Source: Octopus vulgaris
Taxonomy: Eukaryota
Reading direction: 5' to 3'
DNA: 64,000 nt
Assembly (NCBI GenBank): GCA_951406725.2
Contig: OX597829.1
Coordinates: forward strand, 26,722,001-26,786,000
Below, piece by piece: positions 36,028 through 49,106 of this stretch; position 1 is the stretch's first letter, and each line of letters starts with the position of its first letter. The notes beneath the pieces are model-generated. The model saw only the letters and a list, made by a program, of their open reading frames with translations. It did not search any database and was not told the DNA's origin. Position numbers and translations under genes: made by a program.

Positions 36028-37890
36028 TTAACATGTGATATCAGCTGAAGGGTCCATTTTAAGTTGTTCTATTTTTCTGGGCAAAAGTTCCACCATTTCT
36101 TCACATATATGCAATTCATTAGCAATAAATTCCGATCCCTTTGGGTCCTTACGACAATAATCAACAATACATTTGAAACATGCAAGCCTTCTTTCAATAT
36201 TTTGGATTTTCATCTCCGCATCTGAACAAATGAATTTTGTGTAAAGGTTGCCGACACAAAAATATGCAATTAATGTTGGACGAGCATCAGATTCGTCGAG
36301 CTTATCTGGCAATTGTGCACGACCACCTTTGATTGAATGGATGTATTTCATATAATGGTCGATGCTCTGAGAGACTAATAAGTTAATTTTTTTAATTGCA
36401 TGTGGTGTCCTCGAAGATTCCTCGTTTTGAAATATGTTTACCTTGATGTCTAATAAACTGGAGTATGTTTCTGCAAGTTCGTACATTAATTGACGACAAA
36501 CGTGGAGATAATGCTGCGCATTAAGAGCTTCGAGTAGTTTACTTAGTAAATCTATGCGACGCTTCTGCATCTTACACTGTCGGTTTTGGTCGGTTTCAAA
36601 ACACGCTAACAGTTTATAAGCCTTACTATGATCCCTCATTATTTCAACATAATCATTGCAATAGCTATCAATAACATAATATTCTTTCGCGTCATTTAAC
36701 CACTTCTGAACAGCAATAAATACTTCTCGTGCAGACGGGAAATCTTTTACAAATTTTGCAGGCATATTTTCTTCCAGATCTGTTAATTCCAGTTTGAATC
36801 GAGCTGTGTTTTTATCCGAATTTTCGGGAGTTTCAGTTTCAGCAATCGGCTCCTTATCTGCATTATGGTCAGCTTCCGATGAATTTTTTTTCTCATTTAC
36901 CAAATCAGTTCTGTCCAAATGTCCGATAAGATTAATTATAGAGAATTCTTTAGAGGACTCAAGAAGCGACAAACCATATTTTGCCCAACAGCGGCTGATG
37001 TCAGCTTTGCGTCGTGCAATGCTGTCGTTAGTACTTTCAATGGTAGAGTCGTCAGCTTCCTGTAATATGTAACAAGAACTAGCGAGGCAATGCCTTGCCA
37101 TCATATAATCATCCACACTAAGATAGTATTGAGAAAGACTAGCAGCATTTATAGCCCATTCTAATGGGTTATACTGGTTTGATTCTAATTGTCTAAGTAA
37201 AGTTTGGTGACAATACTTAGCAGAAAGTTCTCTATTGCCTTTGCCAGCATAGACCTGTGCTAGATAAAACATTGTATGAGTGTAAGTATTTTCGAAGTGT
37301 ACATCACGATCGTGTTCAATAAGATCATTATCCTCACCTTCAGGTCGGAAAAGTTCTTCGACTGAATGAGGGGCTCCACCTACTTCATGTTTAAAATCAT
37401 TGTAAAGATTTTCGGCTAGTTCTAAATACTTCACGGCTTCGTCCAAACCAAATTCTCCTCGGTGGCTCCACAGAATCCCTAAATTATTGAGGGCTTCTTG
37501 GTATATGTTGCAAGAACTCTTGTTCAATTTATGATCCTCAATGTCTTTTAAAATTTTAGTAAGGTATTCCTCACCGACTCCCAGTTCTTCTGTCTCAAGA
37601 TGATTCACTCCCAGTTGAAGATTTAGTCCTGCGATTAAAATTTTCGTAAGTAAATCATTTGTGTCAGTTAAAAATGTATTCATTTTATCACGCAAGGAAA
37701 GTAATATATCTCTAGCTTTGTATTTAGATTTGAAAGGCTCATTTTCAGGATCGTTCTTTGATTCTTCTTCGCTAAGATGCTTTGCTTTTTTATATTCTTC
37801 ATAGCCTTTCTCAATCATATAACAGCGTGAATCGGCCATGTTTATAGTTTCTGCAGAATGTATTTTATAAACCGAAAATGTTCGTGTCAT
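36028..37890 (-). CDS. KIFBP: KIF-binding protein (KIF1-binding protein, KBP/KIAA1279), single coding exon; the second ATG at 37839 (MADSR) may be the true start
   Basis: Uninterrupted 620-aa ORF with KBP-family motifs DPENEPFKSKYKAR, LGVNHLETEELGVGEEYL, NNLGILWS, FENTYTHTMFYLAQVY, YCHQTLLRQLE, WAINAASLSQYY, CKMQKRRIDLL. Confidence 0.93.
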   Translation of the reverse strand: MTRTFSVYKIHSAETINMADSRCYMIEKGYEEYKKAKHLSEEESKNDPENEPFKSKYKARDILLSLRDKMNTFLTDTNDLLTKILIAGLNLQLGVNHLETEELGVGEEYLTKILKDIEDHKLNKSSCNIYQEALNNLGILWSHRGEFGLDEAVKYLELAENLYNDFKHEVGGAPHSVEELFRPEGEDNDLIEHDRDVHFENTYTHTMFYLAQVYAGKGNRELSAKYCHQTLLRQLESNQYNPLEWAINAASLSQYYLSVDDYMMARHCLASSCYILQEADDSTIESTNDSIARRKADISRCWAKYGLSLLESSKEFSIINLIGHLDRTDLVNEKKNSSEADHNADKEPIAETETPENSDKNTARFKLELTDLEENMPAKFVKDFPSAREVFIAVQKWLNDAKEYYVIDSYCNDYVEIMRDHSKAYKLLACFETDQNRQCKMQKRRIDLLSKLLEALNAQHYLHVCRQLMYELAETYSSLLDIKVNIFQNEESSRTPHAIKKINLLVSQSIDHYMKYIHSIKGGRAQLPDKLDESDARPTLIAYFCVGNLYTKFICSDAEMKIQNIERRLACFKCIVDYCRKDPKGSEFIANELHICEEMVELLPRKIEQLKMDPSADITC

Positions 37891-38187
37891 TTAAACAAAA
37901 CATACGAAATCACTTGTTGATATTTAAAAAGGTATAGTTCAATAAAACTCCTAAATTAAGGTTAAAATTTTTTTAAAACATTTCTTACATCGATCTTATT
38001 ACCAAAGACATTTACATTTTCAATTTAAAATTATATTACCAAGTTGTTGTAATGATATCTATTTGCTGCGTTATGACACTGCAATTCCGTATATTTCAGA
38101 TGACCAGAAGATATTGTAATTAGATAAATTTTTTTTTTAACCGATGCCTGCTCTCTTCATCCGGCTCACATTGACGAAGTAGTAAGT
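37891..38187. promoter_or_regulatory. Candidate bidirectional promoter for KIFBP/TRAPPC11, with a possible non-coding TRAPPC11 exon ending at donor gtaagt (38182)
   Basis: Repeat-free, CpG-retaining DNA immediately 5' of KIFBP. The TRAPPC11 ATG exon begins with a splice acceptor, so it needs an upstream exon, and there is a consensus + strand donor at 38182. Inference only. Confidence 0.4.
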
Positions 38188-38379
38188 TTACTTATTATTA
38201 CACTCTATACTTTTAGATATATTGTATAACAGTGAATAAATGTGTGAAATATAGAACCAAAATATTAATATATTGTTAGAAAAGGGGCGGAGAAATGTGT
38301 TGAACGAGAATCAAAATAAATGTTATTCATTGATTCGGTTGACTTCTGAATGAATAATGCAAAGCTAAATTGAAATTCT

Positions 38380-38381
<2 letters not shown>

Positions 38382-38418
<37 letters not shown>

Positions 38419-38589
38419 CACACATATATGTATAAATAATATACACACATACGTTCGCAAATGCACACATATATGGTATAAAATATATAAATGCATATAC
38501 TTGGTATGCCTGAGAGTATGTGTGTGTAAGTAGGTATGTCTGTATATTTGCGTGTATATGTATGTTTATGTATATAATTATATACGTGC

Positions 38590-38637
<48 letters not shown>

Positions 38638-38770
38638 GTATATATACGCATGTATGTTTGTGTGTGTGTGTACATGCATGTATGTATTAATTTGTGCATA
38701 AATTTATATATATATATACATACACACACACACGCACGCACACCGTGTGTATGTGTGTGTTTTTGTGTAT
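38382..38770. repeat. TA/TG/CA microsatellite cluster
   Basis: Directly visible. Confidence 0.9.
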
Positions 38771-40551
38771 CATCATCTTTTAATGCGTGTCTCCCATGCT
38801 AGCATAGGTTGGACAATTTGTATCCGATAGGTTTGAATACTGCGTCACGCTCCATTGTCTGCTTTGGCTTAGATTCTATGACTGGATGCCATTACTAACA
38901 CCAATTATAGAATGTACTTGATACCATTTTTTTTATGGTACCAGCACTAGTGACAACACCATATAGCTTACAAGACTAAGATCCGTTTTGACCGAGCAGA
39001 GTGGGAGACAACATTTTACTTGGTGATGTAAAGTATGAAAGAAAGAGTAGAAACAGATTTCTTGTGGTAGCGGAGGTATACGACTACCTCCAATTATACA
39101 AGAGTGGGTGGGAATAGTTGGGATAGAGCTGGAAAAGTTGAGCTGGTGATAGTGATAACGTGTCAGGGTGGGCTTCGGGGACAGAAGAACAGAAAGTGGG
39201 TGAGTAGGAGGGGTTCCAAGAGTGTGTGGAGAAAGTGAGAGATGGTCAGAGATGAGTTTAATGGTGGGGTGAGCAAATATACTGAATGAAGAACAAGATT
39301 GAGGGAGAGAAGGTCCGATAAATATGATTTGGATGGAAGGTAGGGGAGTGAAGATAAGTGATCTGGTAGGGTTGAGGATGAACAAATGTAGAAGAGTTAT
39401 GTATATACACACGCATACATCCACTCAAGTGCAATATCAGTGTACATGTGTGACAATGTGCAAATGTGCTGAGGGAAAAGTTGGGCATAAGACAAATCAG
39501 ATGTAGCATGCAAGAGAGATGGCTATGATGGTTTGGACATATAGCTGTATAAAGAAGTGCTGTTCACTTATAGTGAATGGCACCTGTGGAATATGGAGAC
39601 TCGGGAATACATAGGATGAAGTAGTGAGGGCCAGTCTCAAGGTGTTGAGCTTCACAGAGGAGATGACAATGGACCAAAATGTCTAGCATTATGAGGTCCT
39701 TGGAAAGACCTACCCGCCACCTCAGCAAAACTGAGTTAAGGAAGTGCTGTGTATCGCACCTACATGTAACATTAATTCACACACCCCATACCCTCTCCAC
39801 CCTTGCAGGCAAATGCTCTGTCATCTCTTTCTTCTGTCACTTCTCAATATATACCCATATTTCATCACTCACTGTATTTCATTTTCCCTCCACTCTCCCC
39901 CTTTGCATGCACTCCTGAACACCCTGCTCACTTACCCTGTTCAATCTTCTACCACTTCATTTACATTCACCTCCTTGTACTTTGAGGGTACACTCTGGCA
40001 CATCACTACCATCTCTCTCTCTCTCTTCCTCTAACTCTGGTAACCATATCTCCTCTTTAGTATCTTTCTGTCCTACAATTATACTTTAACCTCCCATCAC
40101 CTGATACAAATCCACTTTCCTCAATACCAAAACCCATCTCACTTGAGACATTTTTGTCTTGCAAGTTACTAAGTGGCCTTGCCAGTGCTGGTGCCTTGAA
40201 TAAAGTACCCTACATGCATGTATATGTGAATTTATATATATATATATATATATACATACATGCATGTATATATGAATGTATATATACATTCATGTATATT
40301 TGATAGAGGCCAGTCATGGCTGGCCACTATAAGATTTTTCTGCAATATAAGGATGTTCTATCCTATTTATGCTATTCAGTATTTTTATTATGCATTTGAG
40401 AATAGAATATTTCCATATCTGTATATTACAATACATCTCAATGCTTCAAAAAAAGAAAACAAACTTTGTTTACGTACATCATAACTTCACATTTATGTAT
40501 ACATACATTCATGTATATAAGAATGTATGTATATATATATATACATTAATG

Positions 40552-40592
<41 letters not shown>

Positions 40593-43500
40593 TCATGTAT
40601 ATAAGAATGTGTATATATATATATATATGATGATGATGATACATGTATATGTACATGCACATTGCACATATAGACACACACACACACACTCTGCTTTCAG
40701 TGCCAGTTTTTTGCTACCATGCAACATTGCACTTTATATTTGAGCATCATACACTCTACTTTTCTCTGTCATTGGAAGAATCCCTTCACTGCTAGCAACT
40801 ATGCTTTCAGAGCAAGCATCTCTGCTGTTAAGTAGATCACTCAGTAAGAAAAGCTAACAACTATTAATATAGTCCAATAATAGAAGTACATTGTAGCTTC
40901 AAGTTTTTTTATCAAGCAAATGTTAAACAATCAGATGATAGCAATGGACCTATTACTGAAATTCCATTTTACACACACACACATGCATATAAAAGCATGG
41001 CTCTGTACTTAAGAAGTTTACTTCATTCACAATTACTTAGTTTCTGGTTCAGTCCCACTATACAGCACTTTGAACAAATACAGTCTACAGTAGCCATGAG
41101 CCCACAAAAAATTTTGTGAGTAAATTTGGTATGAATGTGTGTGTATGTATGTGTTTCCTTGTTTGGACGTTGCACACTAGTTGTGCTTACAATTGTAAAC
41201 AAACATAGTAGTGTTGGTTGGGCCATTTTCTCTCCTCTGCATCCCAGTTCATTGTATTGTTTGGTTTTGAAGGACTAAGGGAAATATTACCTTACTTGGA
41301 AACAGGTGAGGGCTGACAACAGAAAGTGCATCTAGCCTTAGAAAATCTGCTTCAACTGATATTGTTTAACTAATGCAAGCAGGGAAAAGTGGACTTTGAA
41401 ATGATTTTGAGAGAGAGATGCCTATGTAATAGAAAGGCCATAACAACAATATAATCAGTTTCTGTGATTCATTCGGGGAAAATATGACTAATCTCTGAAG
41501 GCGTGACTGTGTGGTAAGAAGCTTGCTTCCCAACCACATGATTCTAGGTTGAGTCCCACTGTGGGACCTTGGTGAAATGTCTTCTACTATAGCTTTGAGC
41601 CGATCAAAGCCTTGTGAGTGGATTTGGTAGACGGAAACTGAAAGAAGCCTGTCAGTGTGTGCTTTTGGCGATTTCTGTTCCATCTTTGGACTTTTCCCTT
41701 TCTCTTTTCCAATGAAGAACTAATACATTTCTTGTGCACATCCTCAAGTTCGTTTTTTTATTCGTTTATTTGGATTGATTGTGTGTGTCTTTGTCTACCC
41801 CACCATCGCTTGACAACCGATGTCGGTATGTTTACATCCCCATAACTTAGCAGTTTGGCAAAATAACTGCTAGGCTTACAAAGATTATGTCCTGGGGTTG
41901 ATTTCTTCAACTAAAATCCCTTTGAGGAGGTGCTCCAGCATGGCCGTAGTCAAATGCCTGGAACCAGTAAAAGAATAAAAGAATATGTAGGCTACTTGGA
42001 AATATACAAATTTATTGAATTCTTTAAGATTTATAAAAGATAAGGAAACTGCAAATTGGGTTGAGCAACATCAAAGAATGGACAAGAGAAGCTACCTCTT
42101 GTGTACTGGGGTCTTCCCCTACGCTTGTAGATTTTCTTTATTGGTGGATATTATTTGGATCGATGTCCAAATTGATGAGTGTTCTTATATGTAAACCTTC
42201 AACAGAATTTTGAAAATTTAAGCTTGTTAAATTTTTCCCAACCACTTGAAGTTTATTCTCAAAAAAAAAGTGGTAGTTTTGATGTAGTTTTGCATACGGA
42301 TGAATAACATATTCATTTTATTTAGGGATTAATAATACAGTTACAAGCTTTTAAAGTTACGTAATAACAACCAGGTGAAAATATTGAAATACTTCCTACG
42401 TGGTTGGAAGAAAATTAGCATCCTGATTATTTTCCTTAACGTCGTTTCTTAACACAGTAATAATATGCTAATTATATATTTTTATAATTCAGCGGCGTGA
42501 AGGAAGCAAAAGTTCTAAATTTACATTAGATGCCACGTAAAAATCAATCAATCTAATATACAATACAAAAGAAAATTGATAACGAGATTAGCAAAAATGG
42601 GATATTGATGTTTCGCATGTTCGCGTGTGTTGAAGTGGTATCAAGGGGTGAATATATTGGTTGTATCACTAAAATTCAATTATTGAAAATCAGCGAGCTG
42701 GCAGAATCGTTAGCTTGCGGGAAAAAAATGCTAAGCATCTCATCCATGCTTGCGCTGTGAGTTCCAAATCCACCTTTGCGGGGTCGATAAAATAAATACC
42801 AGGTTGAAATAATCAACTAACCGCCTCCCACAAAATTTTATACCTTGTGAATATAGTAGGAAGGATTATTTAATCCACGCCCTTAAGGAACATGATCGTT
42901 ATCACTTATACAAATGGTGAGAATCCAAAATTCAAAACTGTTTGGTGGACGTCGGAGATAGGTAGCACCAACAAGTTGGAATTTCTCCATTTTGTCGGAG
43001 GTGTTTCTAGCATATCTCATGACCACATTGTTTCTTTCTCCCTCTGACGAGTATTGATGTTTTTCAATATTTTCTATTTGTCGCATTCTCATTTATGTTA
43101 CTAAAATTTTTTTATCTTGAAAATTATGATTTTTATCGGTCATGGCATATGCTAGAAACAGCCAAATCTCCCTTAAATCACACAAATTTTCGTCTAAAAA
43201 TATGCACTTTTTGTTTTTTAACCGAAAATGCTTCTATAGCTTTTAAGTGCGTAGTGTCCAAAAATATCATTGTGCTTAGTAATCTGAAAAATCCCTGTGA
43301 AAACGGAGAGTATTCCAACTTGGTGCTACCTATCTGCAACATCCGCCTGATGTTCTACTGTTTATAAAATGTATTATACAGGCACAGACAGGCATGGCTA
43401 TTTGACTGAGCAACTTACTTCCTATCTATGCTACTTGGAATTCAGTCCTACTACTCAACATTTTGGTTACTTTGCGAGTAGATGTCTGAGAAGCAGTTGC

Positions 43501-43635
43501 TGGAAGAAGCGCGTTCGTTATGTGTGTGTTTGTTTTATCACCGCTTGACAACCGGTGCTGGTTTGTTTACATCCTCGTAGCATCGATCCAGCAAAAGAAA
43601 CCCGATAGAATAAGTACCAAGCTTTAAAAAATAAG

Positions 43636-43899
43636 GGCATTCTTTCGATATTACTCGACAAAATGAATAAACATTTCACTTCGGGTATTTCCGTGGAAGC
43701 AAATGACAGTTCGATTCTGTTTTCTGCTTGGAAATTTTCGGATTTTACATACACACATGAAACAAGTAAGAACAAATATGCAAGGCATTTCTTCTTCAAG
43801 TTTAAAATGAGACATTGCTGGCATAATTTAAACGTTATATCAATACTCCACAACCCACGGAAAAGTTTTGATTTTGTCGAGTTATATCGAAAGAATGCC
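43636..43899. mobile_element. MITE-like element with 29-bp TIRs
   Basis: ggcattctttcgatattactcgacaaaat / attttgtcgagttatatcgaaagaatgcc (28/29 match); flanks aataag/aacaag. Confidence 0.7.
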
Positions 43900-45611
43900 A
43901 ACAAGTTCCTTCGTCTCTTACATGTGGAACGCGTTGATGTCTGCAAAAAAAATTTGAGGTGTTTATAAAATATGCCTGCAAAATTTTTCATAAACCTGCA
44001 ATTCAGTTTAATTAATTTTTGTAGCCACCTATGCAAAATGATGATTTATTTGTAAATTGGGAGAAATGTAGCATGCCATGTCTATGTGGTCCCTTTTGTT
44101 TTGTAAAAGGAGACCGGTGGTTACATACAGATCGGACTATAACACTTTTAAATTTTGAATACTTGTTTCACCTGGTTTGATGCAAGGAATTGATTTGAGT
44201 GTGCATACCTTTATTTTGATCATTTACTTAAGATTTTTTTTCTCCCCCTCATTTTCATATTGTATACTTTTGTAATTTATACCTTTTTTTCAAGTGTAAA
44301 TAAAATAAAGACTAAAACAGAAAATTCTGATTGTCAACGTGTTCTGTAAACTTTAGGAATATGCTATTCAGTTTGGCTGTCTTTGCATTTAGTTGTCTGT
44401 AGATTACAGACACATAATTTAGCAATGTGTATGTCAGAGTTCTCGGTGGATTAGAATAAAATATTCTGTCTAACAATAACTAAGATTAAGTGAGGAGGGT
44501 TGTCGTGTATCATATGTAACAATGTATGTATGTGAGAATGAATGAATGATATCTTCGTAGGAAAAAAGGCCGAAAAGACATTGCTGCTTCAAACGAAAGA
44601 AAGCCAAAAAAAAAATTGCGGCAATTATTGTAATTGTTATTTCTCATTTAGGTACAAGGCCAGCAATTTTGAGGGCAGGAGCAAATGCCAGACCACTATT
44701 TTGTTTCATTGACCTCGAAAGTATGAAGGGAATAATAGTAATTTATTAACCACAAAAGAGTTTACTTTAAGAAAAACATTAAGAACAGCACAGGACAAAA
44801 CTTTGTGCGTGTGTGCATGTTTTTTGGTTTGAGAGTTTTGCATGTAATCATGTTTAAGAAAGAATAAATAAGAAGCTGTAATAAAAATTTAATAACGAGC
44901 ATTCATTGAGAGGAAAGAGATGTTCAAGGGCTGCTGATGGAAAAGCTCCATAAAACTACAGGTGCCCTGACTTCTAGGGCACGTACATTTTCTCATCTTC
45001 GATTACAGGTATACGCTCAAGGCAAGTGCATTCCCTCACACCATGGTCTCCACTCTCCTCTACTTTTCAACAAAATGACTGGAAGGCAACACTTCCCTCT
45101 CCACCTTTATTTTCCTCTTCACGTGATACTGGCCAAATAGGAAAGTGTTTGTCTTCAGCCCCTTCAATCACATCCACCATACACCCTCTTTTGCCATGGC
45201 CCCAGGCATATGAAAACTACCTACCCTTCCCTTTTAAAAGAAAACAGTGGGGCAATCTTCATGATGGATTCAGTTGATAGCTAGATCCATCCTACACGTG
45301 TCATCAGATGTCCAACATGAACTTGCTGACAAATGCATGCCAGATGGTTTTGTCACCCTGTGCATATCACAGACATATTTGGCGGATTGCACTTCCATGC
45401 TTTAGCACCACCAGGCCAGGGATTCCTGGAAGCAAGAGAATATATGCTTCAGTGCAGTCATATGGGAACTAGCATAAGGCACAATAGTCAAGCAATAGCT
45501 GATGAGAGATACAATGTACACTTTAGTTACTCCTGCTGGACTCTTTGTGGATGGCTTCCTCTGGACACATTTCTGGGTGATTATTATTTTACTGGATAAA
45601 TATTATGTTTG

Positions 45612-47643
45612 TCATCATCATTGTTTAACATCTGCTGGTGTTTTTTACATGCTACCTGCACAGGAGCCAGTCCAGCGGCACTGGCAACGACCACGCTCGA
45701 ATGTTGTTTTTCACATACCACCGGCACATGTGCCAGTAAGGCGATGCTGGCAACAGTCACACTCAAATGGTGCTTTTTACATGCCACCAGCACTGGAGCC
45801 AGTCCATGACCCTGGCAACAATCACACTCAGATATGCCTCTTTTAACGTTCCACTGGCATGACTGCCAATCAGGCGGTACTGTCATCAGCCACATCAGCG
45901 ATTTTGATTTGATTTCACTTGCCTTAGTAGGTCTTCGCAAGCAAAGTTTATTGTCCAATGAATGAGGGGTATTCATAAGTGGGTTGGTTACACCAACTGG
46001 TATAGATCATAGGCTATGGTCTCACTTGGCTTTCCAGGTCTTCTCAAGCACAGCATATCTCCAAAGGTCTCGGTCACTAGTCATTGCCTTGGTAAGGCCC
46101 TATGTTCGAAGGTCGTGCTTCACTACTTCATCCCAGGTTTTCTTGGATTCTACCTCTTCCACAGGTTCCCTCAACTGCTAGGGTGTGACACTTTTTCACA
46201 CAGTTGTTCTCATTCATTCACAACACATGACCATACAAGCATAGTCACCTCTCTTGCACATCACATCTGATGCTTCTTAAATCCAACTTTTCTCTCAGGG
46301 CGCTTTTACTCTGTCGTGTATGCACACTAACATTACACATCCAACAGAGGACACTGGCTTCGTTCCTTGCAAGCTTACGCATGTCCTCAGCAGTCACAGC
46401 CCATGTTTCACTGCCATACGGCATGGCTGTTCGTACACATGCGTCATACCGTCTACCTTTTACTCTGAGCGAGAGGCCCTTTGTCACCAGCAGAGGTAGG
46501 AGCTCTCTGAACTTTTCCCGGGCTATTCTTATTCTAGCAGCTACACTTTCAGAGCATCCACCCCCGCTATTGACTTGGTCACCTAGGTAATGGAAGCTAT
46601 CAACTACTTCTAGTTTTTCTCCCTGGAATGTGATGGGAGTTGTTCTCTGCATATTTTCATTGTTTATTGCTCCTGAGCATCTGCCACATACAAAAACTAT
46701 CTTCCCAGTTAGCCTTCCTTTGATATTGCTGCACCTCTTATGTGTCCATAGCTTACACTGGGTACATCTTATAGAGTTTCTACCTAACCCTTTTCTACAG
46801 ATCGAGCAGGGCCATCTATCTGGAGGGATTTATCAACCTTCCTACTTATTAAAACTTTGGTTTTAGCTAGGTTGACTCTAAGGCCCTTAAATTCTAATCC
46901 TTGCTTCCACACCTGAAGCTTTTCCTCTAGTTCTGATAGTAACTCAGCAATTAGAGCAAGGCCATCAGTATAGAGGAGCTCCCAGGGGCATCCCATCTTG
47001 AATTCCTCTGTTATTGCCTGGAGGACTATGATGAATAAGAGGGGGCTGAGGACTGATCCTTGGTGGACCCCTACCTGGAATTCTTCACTGTACTCATTGC
47101 CAACCCTCACCTTACTGACAGCGACCCTGTATATGGCTTGCACAGCTCTCACTAACCATTTATCTATCCCTAGTTTCCTCATTGACCACCAGATAGGGGA
47201 TCAAAGGACCCTGTCAAAGGCTTTCTCCATGTCAATGAAACCCAGGTACAGAGGTTCATCTTTGGCTGGTTATTTCTCTTGCAGCTGTCTTACCAGAAAT
47301 TTAGCGTCAGTGGTGCTTTTCTCTGGTACGAACCCAAACTGCATCTCATCTAAACTGACTCTCTCCCTAATCTGTTTGGCTACAACCCTCTCCGTGACCT
47401 TCATTACATGATCCAAAAACTTGATACTGCTGTAATTATTTGTATCTAAAGCATCACCTTTACTTTTGTAGCAGGTGACTATGGTGCTGCTACACCAGTC
47501 ATTGGGTATGACTCCTTCATGTATCACCTGGTTAACTATACAAGTGACTAGGCTATAGCTGACACCACTAGATATTTTGAGCATCTCTGCAGTGATTCCT
47601 GATGGGCTGGGGGCTTTCCCTGTCTTCATACTCTTAATTGCTA
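45612..47643 (-). mobile_element. 5'-truncated RTE-clade LINE (RT domain)
   Basis: MKTGKAPSPSGITAEMLK, QFGFVPEKSTTDA, GVHQGSVLSPLLF, LLYTDGL (degenerate YADD), FHYLG, YGSETW. Confidence 0.9.
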
Positions 47644-48905
47644 ATCTTGCTTATTATAAAAGTTATTAAAAATGCAGAAATTTTCAGTAACTATGAATGG
47701 CAGTGCCCCTGTATGGCCACAGCCCTATGGCTGAAACAAGTAAAGGATAAAAGATATTTCTGTTGTCAGTATTTAAATTTGAACTGAGAGAATCATTGAA
47801 ACTTAATAGCTTTTGCCGTAGAAGTCAAGCCACTATTTAGTTTCACCTACTCTTGTGAACCACAACTGGATTAACTTGAGTGTGCTGTTGCTAATGGTAA
47901 TTTTTTGATTGGCATTCGTCACATTCACTCTAAGCACAAAATGATTAAAGATCCAAACTATAAAACTAAACATTGTATGTGTGAGTAATGACTCCTGTAA
48001 ATATACATAAAAAATATAATTATTGAGTATAGTAAAAGTTTTTTTTTTTTATGAGATCTTCAGACATTATGGATATGTGGAAAAGGAGACTCGTATGTTT
48101 AGATGGAACAGAGTAGTAGAAGAAACAAAATGTGCCAACTGAACAGGGAACAAAAAAATTATTGAAAACTTAATTATCAGATAGATTTCCGTGTGAGTGT
48201 ATGATGGATGTAATGTCTTCTGTATGTGTTCAATAGACTTGTGTAGTGTATATTTCAGGTTTATTTCTTTACTACCCACAAGAGACTAAACACAGAGGGA
48301 ACAAATAAGGACAGACAAACGGATTAAGTCGATTATATCGACCCCAGTGCGTAACTGGTACTTATTTAATCAACCCTGAAAGGATGAAAGGCAGACTCGA
48401 CCTCGGTGGAATTTGAACTCAGGACATAGTAGCAGACAAAATACTGCCAAGCATTTCGCCCGGCATGCTAACATTTCTGCCAGCTCACCGCCTTGCGATT
48501 TGTATTGAGTGAACTAATGTTTAAGATGGAAGTATTTTCTGATTGTGAAGAAAAACCCCTTAGTTTTTATGATACAGTTTTGGTCATCATGTTTCTGTCA
48601 TGTGTTAACTGCTTGTGCATGGAGAGTGATGAAGCTAACTTTCTCGTGTCCAATCATGTTAACATATAAGTTCAACAGTGCCTGGGCATCTGCACATTCT
48701 CAATGAACAGAAACTTCAATAACATCTTATAACAATGACCCTTTATTCCAATCTCTCTCACCAAAACACAAGCACTAAAAAAAGATCACATGTTGTACTT
48801 CCTCAATGTGTTAACACTACTTCCTATTATAGTGTTCATTTACTTGTCAAACTATGTCTTTAATATTTGAGAACATTTTTTTCCTCTTTTACTTTAATTT
48901 CAGAA

Positions 48906-49106
48906 ATGTCTTGGGCAGCTGAATTACCTGAGGAACTGCTGTGTCGACCTACTGGACTGGTGGTTTTAACTGGGCTTGATGTAGTTTATAATGCAATACA
49001 CAAAGCTGTTTGGGATGCCTTTGTTAATAACAGGCGTCATGATCGTGTCTCCTTGAAATTTAAAGTCTTTGAAGGAGATCATGAATATCCAAAATGTCGA
49101 TCAAAG
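48906..49106 (+). CDS. TRAPPC11: TRAPPC11 coding exon 1
   Basis: Acceptor tttcag ending 48903, ATG 48906, [15 protein letters not shown]...HEYPKCRSK, donor gtaagg. Confidence 0.93.

Noticed and set aside
43044-43075. CTGACGA followed by a hairpin, as a hammerhead
   Set aside because: No GAAA after the stem and no stem I or III.
43518-44036. 172-aa and 101-aa ORFs
   Set aside because: They span a SINE tail and a MITE, with no recognisable protein features.
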